A stretch of 64,000 bases of DNA from Eledone cirrhosa. Lineage: Eukaryota. The DNA lies in the NCBI GenBank assembly GCA_964016885.1, contig OZ024742.1, positions 273,854,001 through 273,918,000 of the forward strand, read 5' to 3'. Positions 27,024-39,170 of this stretch are shown here, piece after piece. Below the pieces are notes generated by a model. The model had not been told where the DNA came from. It saw only the letters and a list, made by a program, of their open reading frames with translations, and made no database searches. How positions within the stretch are numbered: position 1 is the first letter of the stretch; each line of letters starts with the position of its first letter. Both the position numbers and the translations under genes were made by a program.

Positions 27024-27758
27024 TTTGTTCTTGAGTCTCAGTCATTGTTATTTAACTGGAAGTTTATTGAAATGAATATCAAGCCGTTAGCTGCAGCCTC
27101 AGATATTCAGGACGTATCGGAAGTTTCTTGCTGTTCCCAGCAAGCATTCCTTTTGAAGTGTTCCAAAAAGCGGGCTTGGACTAATCTTCTTTAACCATCC
27201 TTGGAAACTCTTTGAGATAGTACCTAGTGCGCCTATGACAATCGGGACGACCATGAATTCATGGCAGTTCCAAATCCTTTTTACATCCCACTTTAAGTCC
27301 TGCTATCGGTTAATTTTCTCCCTCTACTTTTCTTGCACTCTCGTATTAAATCAGCAGGCTACATCTACAATCAGGCACGATCTTTTTTCCTTGTCCAAAA
27401 CTACCAGGTCAGGCCTATTGTGTTCTAATTTCTTGTCCGTCTGTATCCTAAAATCCCATAGCACCTTCACCTGATCGTTTTCTATCACCGACTCTAGCTT
27501 ATGCTCATACGACTTCTCAGAATGTGGTAAATTGTTTACTTTGCATAGATGCCAGTGGATCACCCTGCCTATCACATCATGTCTCCAGCCCTTTGTAGTG
27601 AGTATGGGCTAGGTGTTTACAATTTGAGCCACAGTCTCCTCTCTCTCTCCACAAATCCTACACACTGAGCTAGCCTCCTCCTTGTAAACATGGTGTTTCA
27701 CCCACTTCGTTCTGAAGGCTTGCTCTTGCGCAGCCATTAGCATTCCTTATATAGCTTT
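27024..27758 (-). mobile_element. R4/Dong family A 3' part (zinc finger, REL, 3' UTR)
   Basis: ORF 27351-27575 reads LWDFRIQTDKKLEHNRPDLVVLDK; matches 7360-8090. Confidence 0.92.
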
Positions 27759-27783
27759 ATTATTATTATTATTATTATTATTA

Positions 27784-27968
27784 GGGCGGTGGATTGGTAG
27801 TATCGGTAGAGGGTCGGACGCCATGCTTTCTAGCATAGTTACGTCCCTTTACGATCTGAGTTCAAATCCCGCCGAGGTTGACTTTGCCTTTCATCCTTAC
27901 GGGGTCGATAAAATAAAGTACCAGTGAGGCACTGGGTAGTTGCTGGCCTTGTGCCTAAAGTAGAAACA
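27784..27968 (+). mobile_element. tRNA-derived SINE, full length
   Basis: A-box-like TGGTAGTATCGG, B box GAGTTCAAATCC, central GCCTTTCATCCTTACGGGGTCGATAAAA; sits within (ATT)n. Confidence 0.92.
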
Positions 27969-28004
<36 letters not shown>

Positions 28005-28019
28005 AAATAAATAAAGAGA

Positions 28020-28055
<36 letters not shown>

Positions 28056-28059
<4 letters not shown>

Positions 28060-28163
28060 AATCCCGTCGAGGTTAACTTTGCCTTTCATCCTTACGGGGT
28101 CGATAAAATAAAGTACCAGTAATGCACTGGGTACTTGCTGGCCTTATGCCAAATGTAGAAACA
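28056..28163 (+). mobile_element. tRNA-derived SINE, 5'-truncated
   Basis: Same body from TTCAAATCCCG to AGAAACA; within (ATT)n. Confidence 0.92.
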
Positions 28164-28181
28164 ATTATTATTATTATTATT

Positions 28182-28432
28182 GGCGACCTACGTAGGAAAT
28201 CGTATTATCGTGAGCTCCGCAAAATTTTGTTGTTTTCAGTTATTTCGAATTGCCAGTCATGGATAATTTTGTTGTTAAGTGTTTATAAGGTCACATATAT
28301 AGCTTTCTGTAAAGGACACTAAATAATATTGATTCCTTGAGCCCAAAATTTAAACTTTTATTTTTCAAACAAAATATTTCTTTGAAAAAAAAACATGGAC
28401 GACAAATCTTCTGTTTTTAACAGACAAACACC
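28182..28432 (+). mobile_element. Isolated Tx1 5' UTR plus ORF1 start
   Basis: Close match to 22058-22308 (GGCGACCTACGTAGGAAATCG...); retains the ATG at 28395; no downstream body. Confidence 0.88.
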
Positions 28433-30023
28433 ATTTGTTGCTTTTTTAAAGGTCTCCGCTTTTTAACCAGTTCCATATCTGTGGATCACTAAATTCAGTT
28501 TTCCTAAAGAAGGTACTATGAAGGAATTGTTCATGAAGGTTGCTCCTCCTCCTCGTTGTTATTTCCTTCTTGGTCATCCCCTGGTCTATTGAATTCTCCT
28601 TCAGTACAATTTTGATCATTGGCTCCCAACTCTCAGTCACGTATTTGTTTTTCTCCATCTGAACACAATCCTCTATGCTGATAAGACCTCTTCCACCTTC
28701 AGATCTCTTTAAGTTGAGTCTATCGACATCACTCCTCTTGTGGACATGTTGTAGATAGTCAATAGCTTCTTAGTCTTCCTATCCATTTCTTTTTGTTCAG
28801 CAACATTCCATTTCAGAATTCCCGCAATGTACCTAATAATAGACACAGCTCGGGAATTCAAGGCACTTATGACATTCCTACTATTCAGATGTAATTTTAA
28901 TATGCTCCTTACTCTCCTTATGTACTCAGATCTTAGCAATTCCTTCAATTTTTTATTCGTGATGTCTTCTCCCTCCAGAACACCTAAACATTTGTATCCC
29001 CCCTCAGTGTCAATTTCTTTATCATCTCACCTCTTGGTACCTGGATTTCTTTGCTTCTACTCAATTTACCCTTCTTCATCACTTACTAATACCAAATTGC
29101 ATTTTATAACATTGCTGAAAATACGGACAGTGTCAACAAGTACATCCAACGCCTTCTCACTCTTCCTAAAGACTCTAAGATCGTTCATGAAGAGGAGGTG
29201 GTTGATGGTAATCTCTCCCTTTCCCAACTTGTATCCTGCTATCACTTTTCGCAATATACCGGTCAAGGGTATCAGGGCAAGGACAAACAGCAGAGGGGAC
29301 AAACTATCTCCCTGGAAGATACCTCTCTTGATCTTCGCGCCTCCCAAAGATTCTCTAGCCGATGTTAACTCTGTTTTCCAGGACTTCATACGCTTGCTCA
29401 ACAACTGTCTGATGTTATCTGCCAACTTGAAGATCTCTAGGCTTTTGGTTATCCAAGAATGAAGTACCATATCGAATGCCTTTTTGTAATCTATCCATCC
29501 CATGGCAAGACCAGCGTGCCTTCTCTTGCAATTCCTCATTACCATCTTATCAATAAGTAACTGGTCTTTTGTGCCACTGGACTTCTTTCGGTATTCTTTC
29601 TGTTCGTCCGGTAGCAAGTTGTTTATGTGGAGGTGCTGGTAGATTTCCTCAGACACAATGCTTGTTAACAGTTTCCACATTACGGACAGACATATGATAG
29701 GTCTATAGTTGGTAACATCATTACCCTTGATTCGGTCTTTCATTACCAGAACTGTGGTACCTTTTGTCAACCACTCTGGTACCTCACCCGACATCACGCA
29801 GTCATTGAACATGGTTGTCAGTTTCGGGTAGAGGGATGTTATGTTTTTAATCCAATACCCTTGCCCACCATCTGGGCCTGGTGATTTCCAGTTGGTTAGT
29901 TTTTTGGCCTGCGCTTTAAGAGTTTCAACTGTGATACTCAAATCAGGTTGTTGGTGTGCCTGTTTACTAATCTTTTTTTGAACTGTCTCAATCCACACTT
30001 CCTGACTATTATGTTAACATCCT
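28433..30023 (-). mobile_element. R4/Dong family A RT region, 5'-truncated
   Basis: ORF 29066-29998 (NWKSPGPDG, WIDYKKAFD, RGIFQGDSLSPLLF); ends against ATT repeats at 30024. Confidence 0.93.
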
Positions 30024-31040
30024 ATTATTACTATTATTATTATTATTGATGTCGTTATTATGTTCGAGGTGATCATCGTGATAGTTCTTATGATCGTATT
30101 ATGATCCGTTAGATGATGATGATGTTGATGATAAATATGATCTTGATGATGATTTTTATAAAGGATGGTCATTTTCTCATCATTAATGGATGAATCACTC
30201 AATCTGATATCTGTTAATCAGTGACATCTTCTATCGTAAACTACCACTGATCAGTTATTAATTCCATACATTCATTTAATATTTTCTCAAACTAAAATAC
30301 AATATAAATCCAGATTCTTCCTTTGAACTTCCTTTACGTCCACCGACACGTCTTCCTGCATAGCGCAAGGCCCACAACTCACCCCCACTTTCTCAACACT
30401 TCTCTATTTCTATCTTATTGTTCTCAGTTATCGATGTCTGCATCAAATGTCCAAGGTAATTGTTATAAGCAATCGTGTGAACATTGGAATAATGATAATT
30501 ATACGAAACGTTAATAAAACGGATTTCATTCGCAACTCAACTTAGCCTGAATTAAACAATTTGAAAAGTGCATTTGTGGTTCTGGTTGATCTATATTATA
30601 ACCACAGACTATATATTGCCCCAAAAAGATTAATTCCATTTTGTTAGGTGATTAAGAGAGAATATTGAGGGAAACATCTAAATATCTCCCTATTGTGTCG
30701 TTTAAGTGAAGCCCGTGTACCATTTGACATACTGACATAACACCGTCCGATTGTTTTCTTGTTTTACTCTATCTAGATGGTTATTCTGCCAATAAAAACA
30801 CATGCACTAGTTGACATTCATGTCAGCTTTATTATTATTATTATTGGTTATTTCGTCGAAGTTCTTTCGTCACACATTCTCTGACCTCTTCAATGACAAT
30901 TTTTTCTCTATCTCTCTTTCCCCTCCTCTTTTTGGTCGTATTCTGCTTACTGCATGTTGTCTTTGTTTTGGAGACGTTATGGAAACGTTAGTGGAAAATA
31001 CACGTGATAAAATCATACAAGGAAGAAATGAATATATTCT

Positions 31041-32130
31041 TTACCTGTAGATTATATATCGCATGAATTGACTAAGTAGAATTAAATTTCTATGGAATAA
31101 TTTGAACTCGTTTACAAGTGCCAAATTTACATAGACAGTAGGGTTGTTAGAGAAGGATGCAGTAGAAAGAAGAGGAGATAATATCACTTGGATATGTTGG
31201 GACAGACGATGAATAGAAATTTATAGTTGTAGTGGTTATACCAAAATAACAAAAGTGCCACGATATTCCAATATAAATAGCATACGTCCGATATATTTAT
31301 TTTTTATTTGTTCCTTTTTTCTGCCAATTCTAAATTTATCTATTCTTTGTTCTTGCTGCCGTCTCTATCATCTTTAATAAACAAAGTCCAGATCAATAAC
31401 AGATTAAAAATCTAACAGCCAGTTACTAGCATAGACACACATACTACCACATTTCGTTCCATTTCCAAAATAGAGACTGCCATAGGTGAGAGATGATCAC
31501 ATAAAAACTCCAAAGCCCATGTCTAATAACATCCAGCATAGGACAACAGAACATGTTCTTCCCCAAACTATTTTCTTCAAAAATGTGTAATAGCCTTTTA
31601 ACTCGAAATACTAAGAACAATTACCTCCACATTAAAATTCTAGCATATTTGTTATCATATTTTTTTATATTTAATGTCCTATGTATATTGCTGTATCTTT
31701 CTAATGATACAAACAGAATAATTCAAGCAATTTGCAGCACACTCACATGCTAATTAAGGGGTTCCAAGTCTAGGAAATACCTGACAAAATACATTTACGA
31801 ACACCCTAAATTTTGTTAGCTAATAGCTCAATTTTCCTTCAGTGAATAATTATATTATCTTTAGGTAGATCAATGCAATCAATACCCACATTACTTGAGT
31901 CAATTAAACTAAATTGACTGCACATATCTTCTCTGAGGTTGACGTTTAAGAATATAATTATATAGATATTTGTCATTTTAATCTTAAAATATGCGTATAT
32001 TGGAAACGTTTATAAAATAAGTTCCGATATAACTCACCATTAATTACACCAATTACAATTATACTTATTTCCTTATCAATGATATCTAAATATTCGTTTT
32101 CATCTTTGCTGTTGCTCTCATATCCATTGT
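31041..32130 (-). pseudogene. Degraded single-exon class A (rhodopsin-like) GPCR
   Basis: Manual translation: A*IILFVSLERY (ERY at 31701-31693), TM5-like IFNLLLIWTL, TM6-like GRMLFILEYRGTFVILV*PLQL, TM7-like LLSTASFSNNPTVY (31145-31131). Order is correct with about 185 codons from ERY to NPxxY. Many stops. Confidence 0.65.
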
Positions 32131-32561
32131 TCAATTAAATATCATGTTTCAGTAAGCTATTGAAAGCTTTAGAGAAACAAATATGTCTAAAACATGTGCC
32201 ATTCTTGTTCATAATCTCAATAATTCAGATACCGTGATCAGCACTACACACTGTCTCTTGACGCAATCTTTAATTTAAGTACTTTTTCATATGTTGAAAA
32301 GAAGTTCTTTGTAAAGAAATGCAGAATATTTTAGCTAAGCAAAATGTGTTTAGGGATATAATAAATTATTATTCTACTACTCAAATAATACTACAGCATA
32401 TTTTGTCCGAATTATTTTGAAAGGGTTTAATTAAAATAGTAACATTTTAAGACGGATGTATTGTTTAAAAAAAACGTACCCCGTTTGGTATCAACAGTCC
32501 TTTTCACGTATTAGTGTGCTATGTAGCAAAGCCCCCCCTCCACACACACACCACACACACG

Positions 32562-32599
<38 letters not shown>

Positions 32600-32954
32600 T
32601 ATGTATATACGAATATATGCCAGATTAAATTTGTTTGAGTAAATCAAATGGTCAAACAAATAAATATGGAAGATTGCTTACAAAAGTATTTTTCTCGACG
32701 TGTTCCATGCCGGATGTACCGTAACAGAAACATTAAGGAGCCTATGGTATAGTTTCCAAAAAGAAAATTACGGGTAATTACAATAGTAAAACGTATGGTA
32801 CCAGGAAAAGCAGGAATGACTAGTCAAGATATAAATGTTAGAGATAGAAAAATTATTTAGAGTTCGTTCCTTAACATATGTTTCTGTCTAATATCAGTCT
32901 ACAAGCACTAACTGCATGAACCCATGCTCAATTGCAAGCATTACGTAAAACATT

Positions 32955-33577
32955 TTACTTCATCTACTAATTTATTTACATTATGCGGTGGATTGGCATC
33001 ATCGGTAGATAGTCGGACGCCATGCTTTGCAGCAAAGAGTTACGGCCCTTTATGATCTGAGTTCAAATCCCGCCGAGGTTAACATTGCCTTTCATCCTTA
33101 AGGGGTCGATAAAATAATGTACCAGTAATACCCTGGGATAATTGCTGGCCTTGTGCCAAAAGTAGAAACAATTATTTATAACTCTGAAGCCGAGAATCAT
33201 TTGGTTTCCTAAATAGTCTATGACTTCATTTATACCATAAACGTGGCTTTGTTTTTGCGTGTAATTGCTCTCCCGCTCCACATAATGACGTATTATCTTC
33301 GCCTTTTTTAGTTCATTGCCAGGGAACGTCTTCACGAACCAAAGTATCGTCTTCCTGTTTTCATTCGGTTGCAACGTTTTTTAAAATATTTACTTCTGCG
33401 TTCACAGATTGATTTTTTTAGTTTCAGAAGATCCCGTTAAGAGTGAAAGCAGCAATTCTTTGCTTAAACTTTAATCTGTTATTTTAATAAATATTTGCTC
33501 TAGGGTTCTTATATATTTGATATATATTTATCCGTATCGAGCCCTCTTCGGATTTTAGTCTTCGAATTTATTATTAT

Positions 33578-33580
<3 letters not shown>
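32955..33580 (-). repeat. Second copy of the 9245-9660 dispersed repeat, interrupted by a SINE
   Basis: Reverse-complement match; the empty site CTAATTTATTTACATTATT is seen in the 9245 copy. Confidence 0.85.
32985..33170 (+). mobile_element. tRNA-derived SINE
   Basis: Full body; ATTAT on both sides. Confidence 0.92.
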
Positions 33581-33624
<44 letters not shown>

Positions 33625-34136
33625 CTATATAAGTTTGTTATTTCTCACTAATACATTTATCCCCCACTATTTTTTTTCCTTCGTTTTTAACCACATTCTT
33701 TAATAACATCTAACTCTTATTTATCACATCTATATGAATTAATATAAATGTATCCCTATAAATATTAATTTTTTTTAATAGATCTAAATTCCTTATGTTT
33801 TTAATAAGATTGGTATTTCTCACTAACACATTTATCCTAAAATTGTATTCTCCTTCTATTTTAACATTAGCATTATTCTTTAATAACATCAAATTTTCGT
33901 GTACCTTTCACCGGCTTGACCTCATTTCATCCCAAAAGTAATCTTTTCATTCAAAGTATTATTTCCATTCAAAAGTGAAGTCTGCATTCCTCTAAATTAA
34001 ATTTCTACTACTACTATTCTATCAACTTGACCACTTACTACTCTTCTATTGGTCAATTCGAAACCTGTTCCCAAACATACCTATTATATTAAATCTTTGT
34101 TGGTGTTTTTCAATAAATAAATATCATTATTTCTGA

Positions 34137-34320
34137 GGCGGTGGATTGGCAGTATCGGTAGAGGGTCGGACGCCATGCTTTCCAGCATAGTTACGTCCCT
34201 TTACGATCTGAGTTCAAATCCCGCCGAGGTTGACTTTGCCTTTCATCCTTACGGGGTCGATAAAATAAAGTACCAGTAATGCACTGGATAATTGCTGGCC
34301 TTGTGCCTAAAGTAGAAACA
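34137..34320 (+). mobile_element. tRNA-derived SINE, full length, with 11-bp target-site duplication (TSD)
   Basis: A box TGGCAGTATCGG and B box GAGTTCAAATCC; TSD ATTATTTCTGA at 34126-34136 and 34321-34331. The central segment resembles, from memory, the Nin/Deu SINE domain. Confidence 0.95.
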
Positions 34321-34497
34321 ATTATTTCTGAAGACTGCATATATATGTGTAGGTATGTATATTCCCTCTGATAGTTTGTAAAATGTTTACATACATACCA
34401 ACAAACATATATATATCCTAGAAACGATCGTAAAATGATGAATTTTTTAATATAAGGAACTGTTGCCTTGTTTTTATTCATTGTTTTTTATTAATTT

Positions 34498-34579
<82 letters not shown>

Positions 34580-35055
34580 GGATAAAAGAGAAAACACAGG
34601 TAAGCATTAAAAAAATGATTTTATCCAGGTATTTACGACCGTTTCATTGGTAAGTGCAACCTTATACTGCAAATAGCAGCCACTCAATAATAATTCTTGT
34701 TCACGTCCAAATTTTCAAAATAGTGAATAAGGTTACTCTTAAAAAGTTCTTAATAATATATAGAAAAACATTTTTGGGGAATTGTATTTACTAGTATAGA
34801 GGAATTAGAAGGTGGATTGACAAACGGAGTAGTATAGAGAGAGGGGAAGGGGTAGAAGAATTAGGAAGTAGAGTGACACACTGAGAAGGAGGGAGGGGTA
34901 GAGGTGGAAGGATTCCTCTAATTATAACAGAAGGGAAAAGGGAAGAAAAAGGAAAAAATAACGAAAAAACGGGTAACAGCAAACCGGAGAGGGAAACCCG
35001 AAGCCATACGCGTGACGAAATTCAAGACTATATATAAATACATATATATATATAT

Positions 35056-35816
35056 GAGAAAGAACACGTGACCTCACTGCCATATTTAATCCTAGTGTAG
35101 AAAGGCTACGTTGTCTGAAGCCTGATGAAAGCGCATACTAGGAACGAAAATCCATGAAGAAGGGAAATCCCCGTTCCATATTGAGATACATTACTAACTG
35201 GCATATATGGTACTTAAATTGGAGTGTAACTTACGGATTTCCAAAAATTTACCGAAGGTATTAATCGATTAATATCGTCCGGCCAGGTCCAGATTCGTCT
35301 TTAACCTGTCTGTATTTTTGTTGTTGTAATATTATTCTGGCAAAATGCCTCTGCTCGCACTATTCATTGTGTCACAATTTCCTAACTTATTGTGTTCACT
35401 GTGAGGAGCAATTTCTTAATCAATTCATCATTGAGTGTTCGTCAGTCTTCGAAATTCAATCGGATGCCAATCAGCTACTTGCAGTTGCAACTGCTTTTGT
35501 ACACATTACTATCATTATTTTCTCGTAGCCTTTTCAATTAGTTAATGAATAGATTAATTAATTAATTAATTGGTTGTTTAATTGTTTGTTTGAAATCCTA
35601 GTTAAGAGATTACTACGGGACTATGAATAGATTTTGTGTTCAAACTTTTGATTATACTCGTCAAAACCAAGGAAGTGACCTCTAGTTTGTGAGAAAGAAC
35701 ACGTGACCTCACTGGCATATTAACTACTACAGTAGAATGGCTATGTTGTCACAGTCATGATGAAAACGAATACTAGGAACGAAAATCCAACTGACTAAAA
35801 GAAATCCCCGTTCCAT
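35056..35816. repeat. Two ~125-bp direct repeats (35056-35179 and 35691-35816)
   Basis: Both read GAGAAAGAACACGTGACCTCACTG...TACTAGGAACGAAAATCCA...GAAATCCCCGTTCCAT. Confidence 0.9.
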
Positions 35817-36299
35817 TCTTCTAAATTCAATGCGAATCTGAAAAATGCAGTTATAACTTCCTTTATACTCATTATACATCTAATATTACCAATATTGATA
35901 AATGGAAAATATCGTTACAAATCCATATTTATTTTATTATACGTTTTTCACGGGTACTAACATTTAAGTACGCTTTCGTCAGAGATAATATTATATTTGT
36001 ATTAAGATAGTGACATACCTTCGTTAGATCTCAATGGTATAGGCCAACTAAAGGTAGTAATTCGAAAATTCAAATCTCGAGGGATATATGTTAATGAGGA
36101 TACGTTAAAACAGAAAAGATACGTTAAATTTAGACGCTTGATACATTTTGAAAAAAACCCTACTTTATACTGTTTATGTGGTTGTCATTATCGTGTGAAA
36201 GTTTAATGGAGACTTAATGTAGAATTAGTTATAGATATATGTATACATGAGTTTGGAAGGAATCACATAATTATACGTATTTATTTTGTTATTATATGT

Positions 36300-36435
36300 G
36301 TATGTATTTACTATGTTTACATGAGAAACGTAATATATTATAGTATAGTATAAGCTATTATTTTATATGGTTAGTTAAAGTAATTATAATAATTCAATAA
36401 TTTTGTGGTTAGGTGATTGAATATAAATCGCATTT

Positions 36436-36483
<48 letters not shown>

Positions 36484-36870
36484 GTGTGTGTGTAGATTTA
36501 TATATGAGCGAATTTATTTTTTAGCACATATTTCAATACTATGAATATAATTATAATGTTTACATAAGAAATATAATGTATTGTAGTATATTATAAGCTA
36601 TTACTGTATATGGTTAAATAAAATATTAAATAATTATTTAATACACAAGTGATTATGCGTGAATATACATCGTACTTATGTATATATATACATAGATTTA
36701 TAAATGAGCTTAAAAGAGATCCTGTATGTATTTTCTACATATATTTTAAGAATGTGGAACTAATTATATTACTTAGATAAAAATGTACAGTATTGCAGTA
36801 TAATCTATTTTTGTAAATGCTTAGTAATATAATATTTAAACAGTTATGTTAGTTGAAATATATCGTATAT
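36300..36870. repeat. Degenerate AT-rich tandem units (~200-240 bp) downstream of the PLE ORF
   Basis: ATGTTTACAT.AGAAA..TAAT.TATT.TAGTATA.TATAAGCTATTA recurs near 36315 and 36556, more weakly near 36770. Confidence 0.6.
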
Positions 36871-37199
36871 ATGAATGTTGACTATGTAAAGAAAAATGGG
36901 GAAGTAAATCTAAATTAAGTATTTTAATTAATGCGTTAAGATTTGCTTACGATAAGCATTTAATTACATTTTTTTAATCTAATGTTTTCCATAATTATTA
37001 ATTATTATTTATATTAAAAGTAAATAATTTATATAGGATTTCAGAGCACCATATACTAAATATGGTTTTGATAAAAGTGTTTAGCTTTGTAAAAGAAATG
37101 CTTCTATGTATTAGGTTTAAAAGTATTTGTATCTATATTGTAAATATATTGTAAATAGGCAACATATATAGACCATAATATAGTAGGTTCTATAAATTA

Positions 37200-38545
37200 T
37201 AGTCATTGTGAAATGTCTTGGAGAAACGATGCAAACAAGAATTAAATATTTCCTTTTTTTTGTTAATAATTTTACCAGATTTCTTCAGTACAAAATTGAC
37301 AAATACGTGAGAATAACGAAGTTTGGTATTCAGGAGCGTCCGTAATTTTCCTCCAAGAGATTGAATAGTCAGTCTTATTGTCTTTTAAAGACCAAATTAG
37401 TTGTGACAGCGAAGTTGAGTATTTTTTATCTGATCGTTTAAAAGTATGTTTGTGATTATACCATCGCTCCGTAAATGTTGATGAAGTTTCTCCTATATAG
37501 TCATACAGCCTAACCTTAGTTTTAATGGTGCATTTATATAAACATTTCTATCTAGGCAATTATTCTGTAGTGGGCATAACATATTATTCCTGCAATTACA
37601 TTTTCTTATACTGTTATTTGAAGATACCGTGTTATTATTCATGTATAGGCTATTATTATTATTCCTAATGCTATTAATTATATTGCTATTAATATTTGGG
37701 TTTACTTCAGTTTGGTTTAATTTTAGATTCTTATTATTAATTCTTGCTATATTCTGGGATAGATTCATAGGTGTAGAGTAAGAGAGCTTGACTGTATGTC
37801 TGTTAAAAATGGAGTGATACTTGTTGGACTTAGGAAAACATTTATCTATAGATTTAAAGAATTGGTGTGCTAAAGGTGCCTTAATTCCTGGAGGTGAATA
37901 CCAAATTATATTTCTAGTCTGGCTTTTCTATCTGATTTATTATTTGGGTTGAGTGGTTTATATTCATTATTCGCCGAGGTTAACTTTGCCCTTCATCCTT
38001 ACGGGGTCGATAAAATAAAGTACCAGTAATGCACTGGGTAATTGCTAGCCTTGTGCCAAAAAGTAGAAACAATTATTATTATAATTAACAGATTGGTTTT
38101 ACTACTCCTATCTATGAAATTAATTTTATTAGCTCTGTGGAGAGCGTCATTATAATATTCTGCTTTGTTATCAAATATATTTTTATTTGCTGAGAGTCTA
38201 GAGATTCTTTGCTGGACACTATTGACTATAGCTTTTTTAACGTTTCTATGGTGGTTTGAGTTGAAGCTAACATAATTGAGATTTTCATTAATCTTATGGA
38301 ATGTGTAATATAGGCCTGAGTTAAGGTTTAATGTAACATCTAGGAAATTAAATGTGTTAATATTGTTTGCCATTTCTAACTTACGGTCGTAATTATTAAT
38401 GAAGTCTATAATAATTTTCTTTTTTCTGTTAATTTCCCTATTGTTATGTTTATCTACTATGAACAATGCATCGTCACGATACATACATCCGGCAAGTTCC
38501 GGCAATTTCCTATGTAAAGAGTTAAGAATGAAGATGCCAACGAGG
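37200..38545 (-). mobile_element. Penelope-like retroelement (RT plus GIY-YIG), 5'-truncated
   Basis: RT YRDD and NFLDVTLNL; linker CNCRNNMLCPLQNNCL (CxCx5C, which I recall as Nematis-like); endonuclease YKCTIK..YDYIGETSSTFTERWYNHK near 37540-37450. Confidence 0.88.
37972..38071 (+). mobile_element. tRNA-derived SINE, 5'-truncated, inserted in the PLE
   Basis: CGCCGAGG..AGAAACA flanked by ATTATT. Confidence 0.92.
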
Positions 38546-38554
38546 TAAATTAAA

Positions 38555-39170
38555 AAACAATTATCAAAACCATATTTCGTATATGGTGCTCTGAAATTTT
38601 ATATAATTTCTTTACTTATAATATAAATAATTGTTTCTACGTTAGGCACAAGGCCAGCAATTGCCCAGTGTATTACTGGTATTTTATTTTATCGAACCCG
38701 TAAGGATGAAAGGCAAAGTTAACCTCGGCGGAATTTGAACTCGGAATGGCAAGGGCCGTAACACTATGCGTCAAAGCATGGCGTCCGATCTTCTACCAAT
38801 ACTGCCAATCCAAAGTCATTATAACTTATAATATAAATAATAATTAATAATTATGGTAAACATTAGATTGAACAATATATTATTAAATGCTTATCGCAAG
38901 CACACCTTAACGCATTACTTAAGATACTTAATTTAGAGATACTTCCCCATTTTCTGTTTACGTAGTCAACATACGATATATACGATATATTTCAACTTAC
39001 ATAACTGTCTAAATGTTATATTACTAACAATATACAAACATAGATTATACTGCAATACTGTACATTTGTATTTAAGCAACATAATTAGTTCCACATTCTT
39101 AAAATATATGTAAAACATACATATTAATAGGTACATGATCTCTCTTACGCTGATTTATAAATCTATGTAT
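38555..39170 (+). repeat. Inverted copy of the PLE 3' region 36688-37075, placed at the PLE 5' end
   Basis: TTATCAAAACCATATTT.GTATATGGTGCTCTGAAAT and TAATTAGTTCCACATTCTTAAAATATATGTA are reverse complements of sequence at 37037-37073 and 36736-36766. Confidence 0.88.
38632..38812 (-). mobile_element. tRNA-derived SINE with 18-bp TSD
   Basis: ACTTATAATATAAATAAT at 38614-38631 and 38824-38841, which reads ATTATT.. on the SINE strand. Confidence 0.92.

Noticed and set aside
27784-27880. tRNA gene suggested by A and B boxes
   Set aside because: No cloverleaf; it is the head of a ten-copy SINE with TSDs.
30428-30455. 28-nt micro-exon with polypyrimidine tract, AG and GTAATT
   Set aside because: No partner exons or other support; such sites arise by chance.
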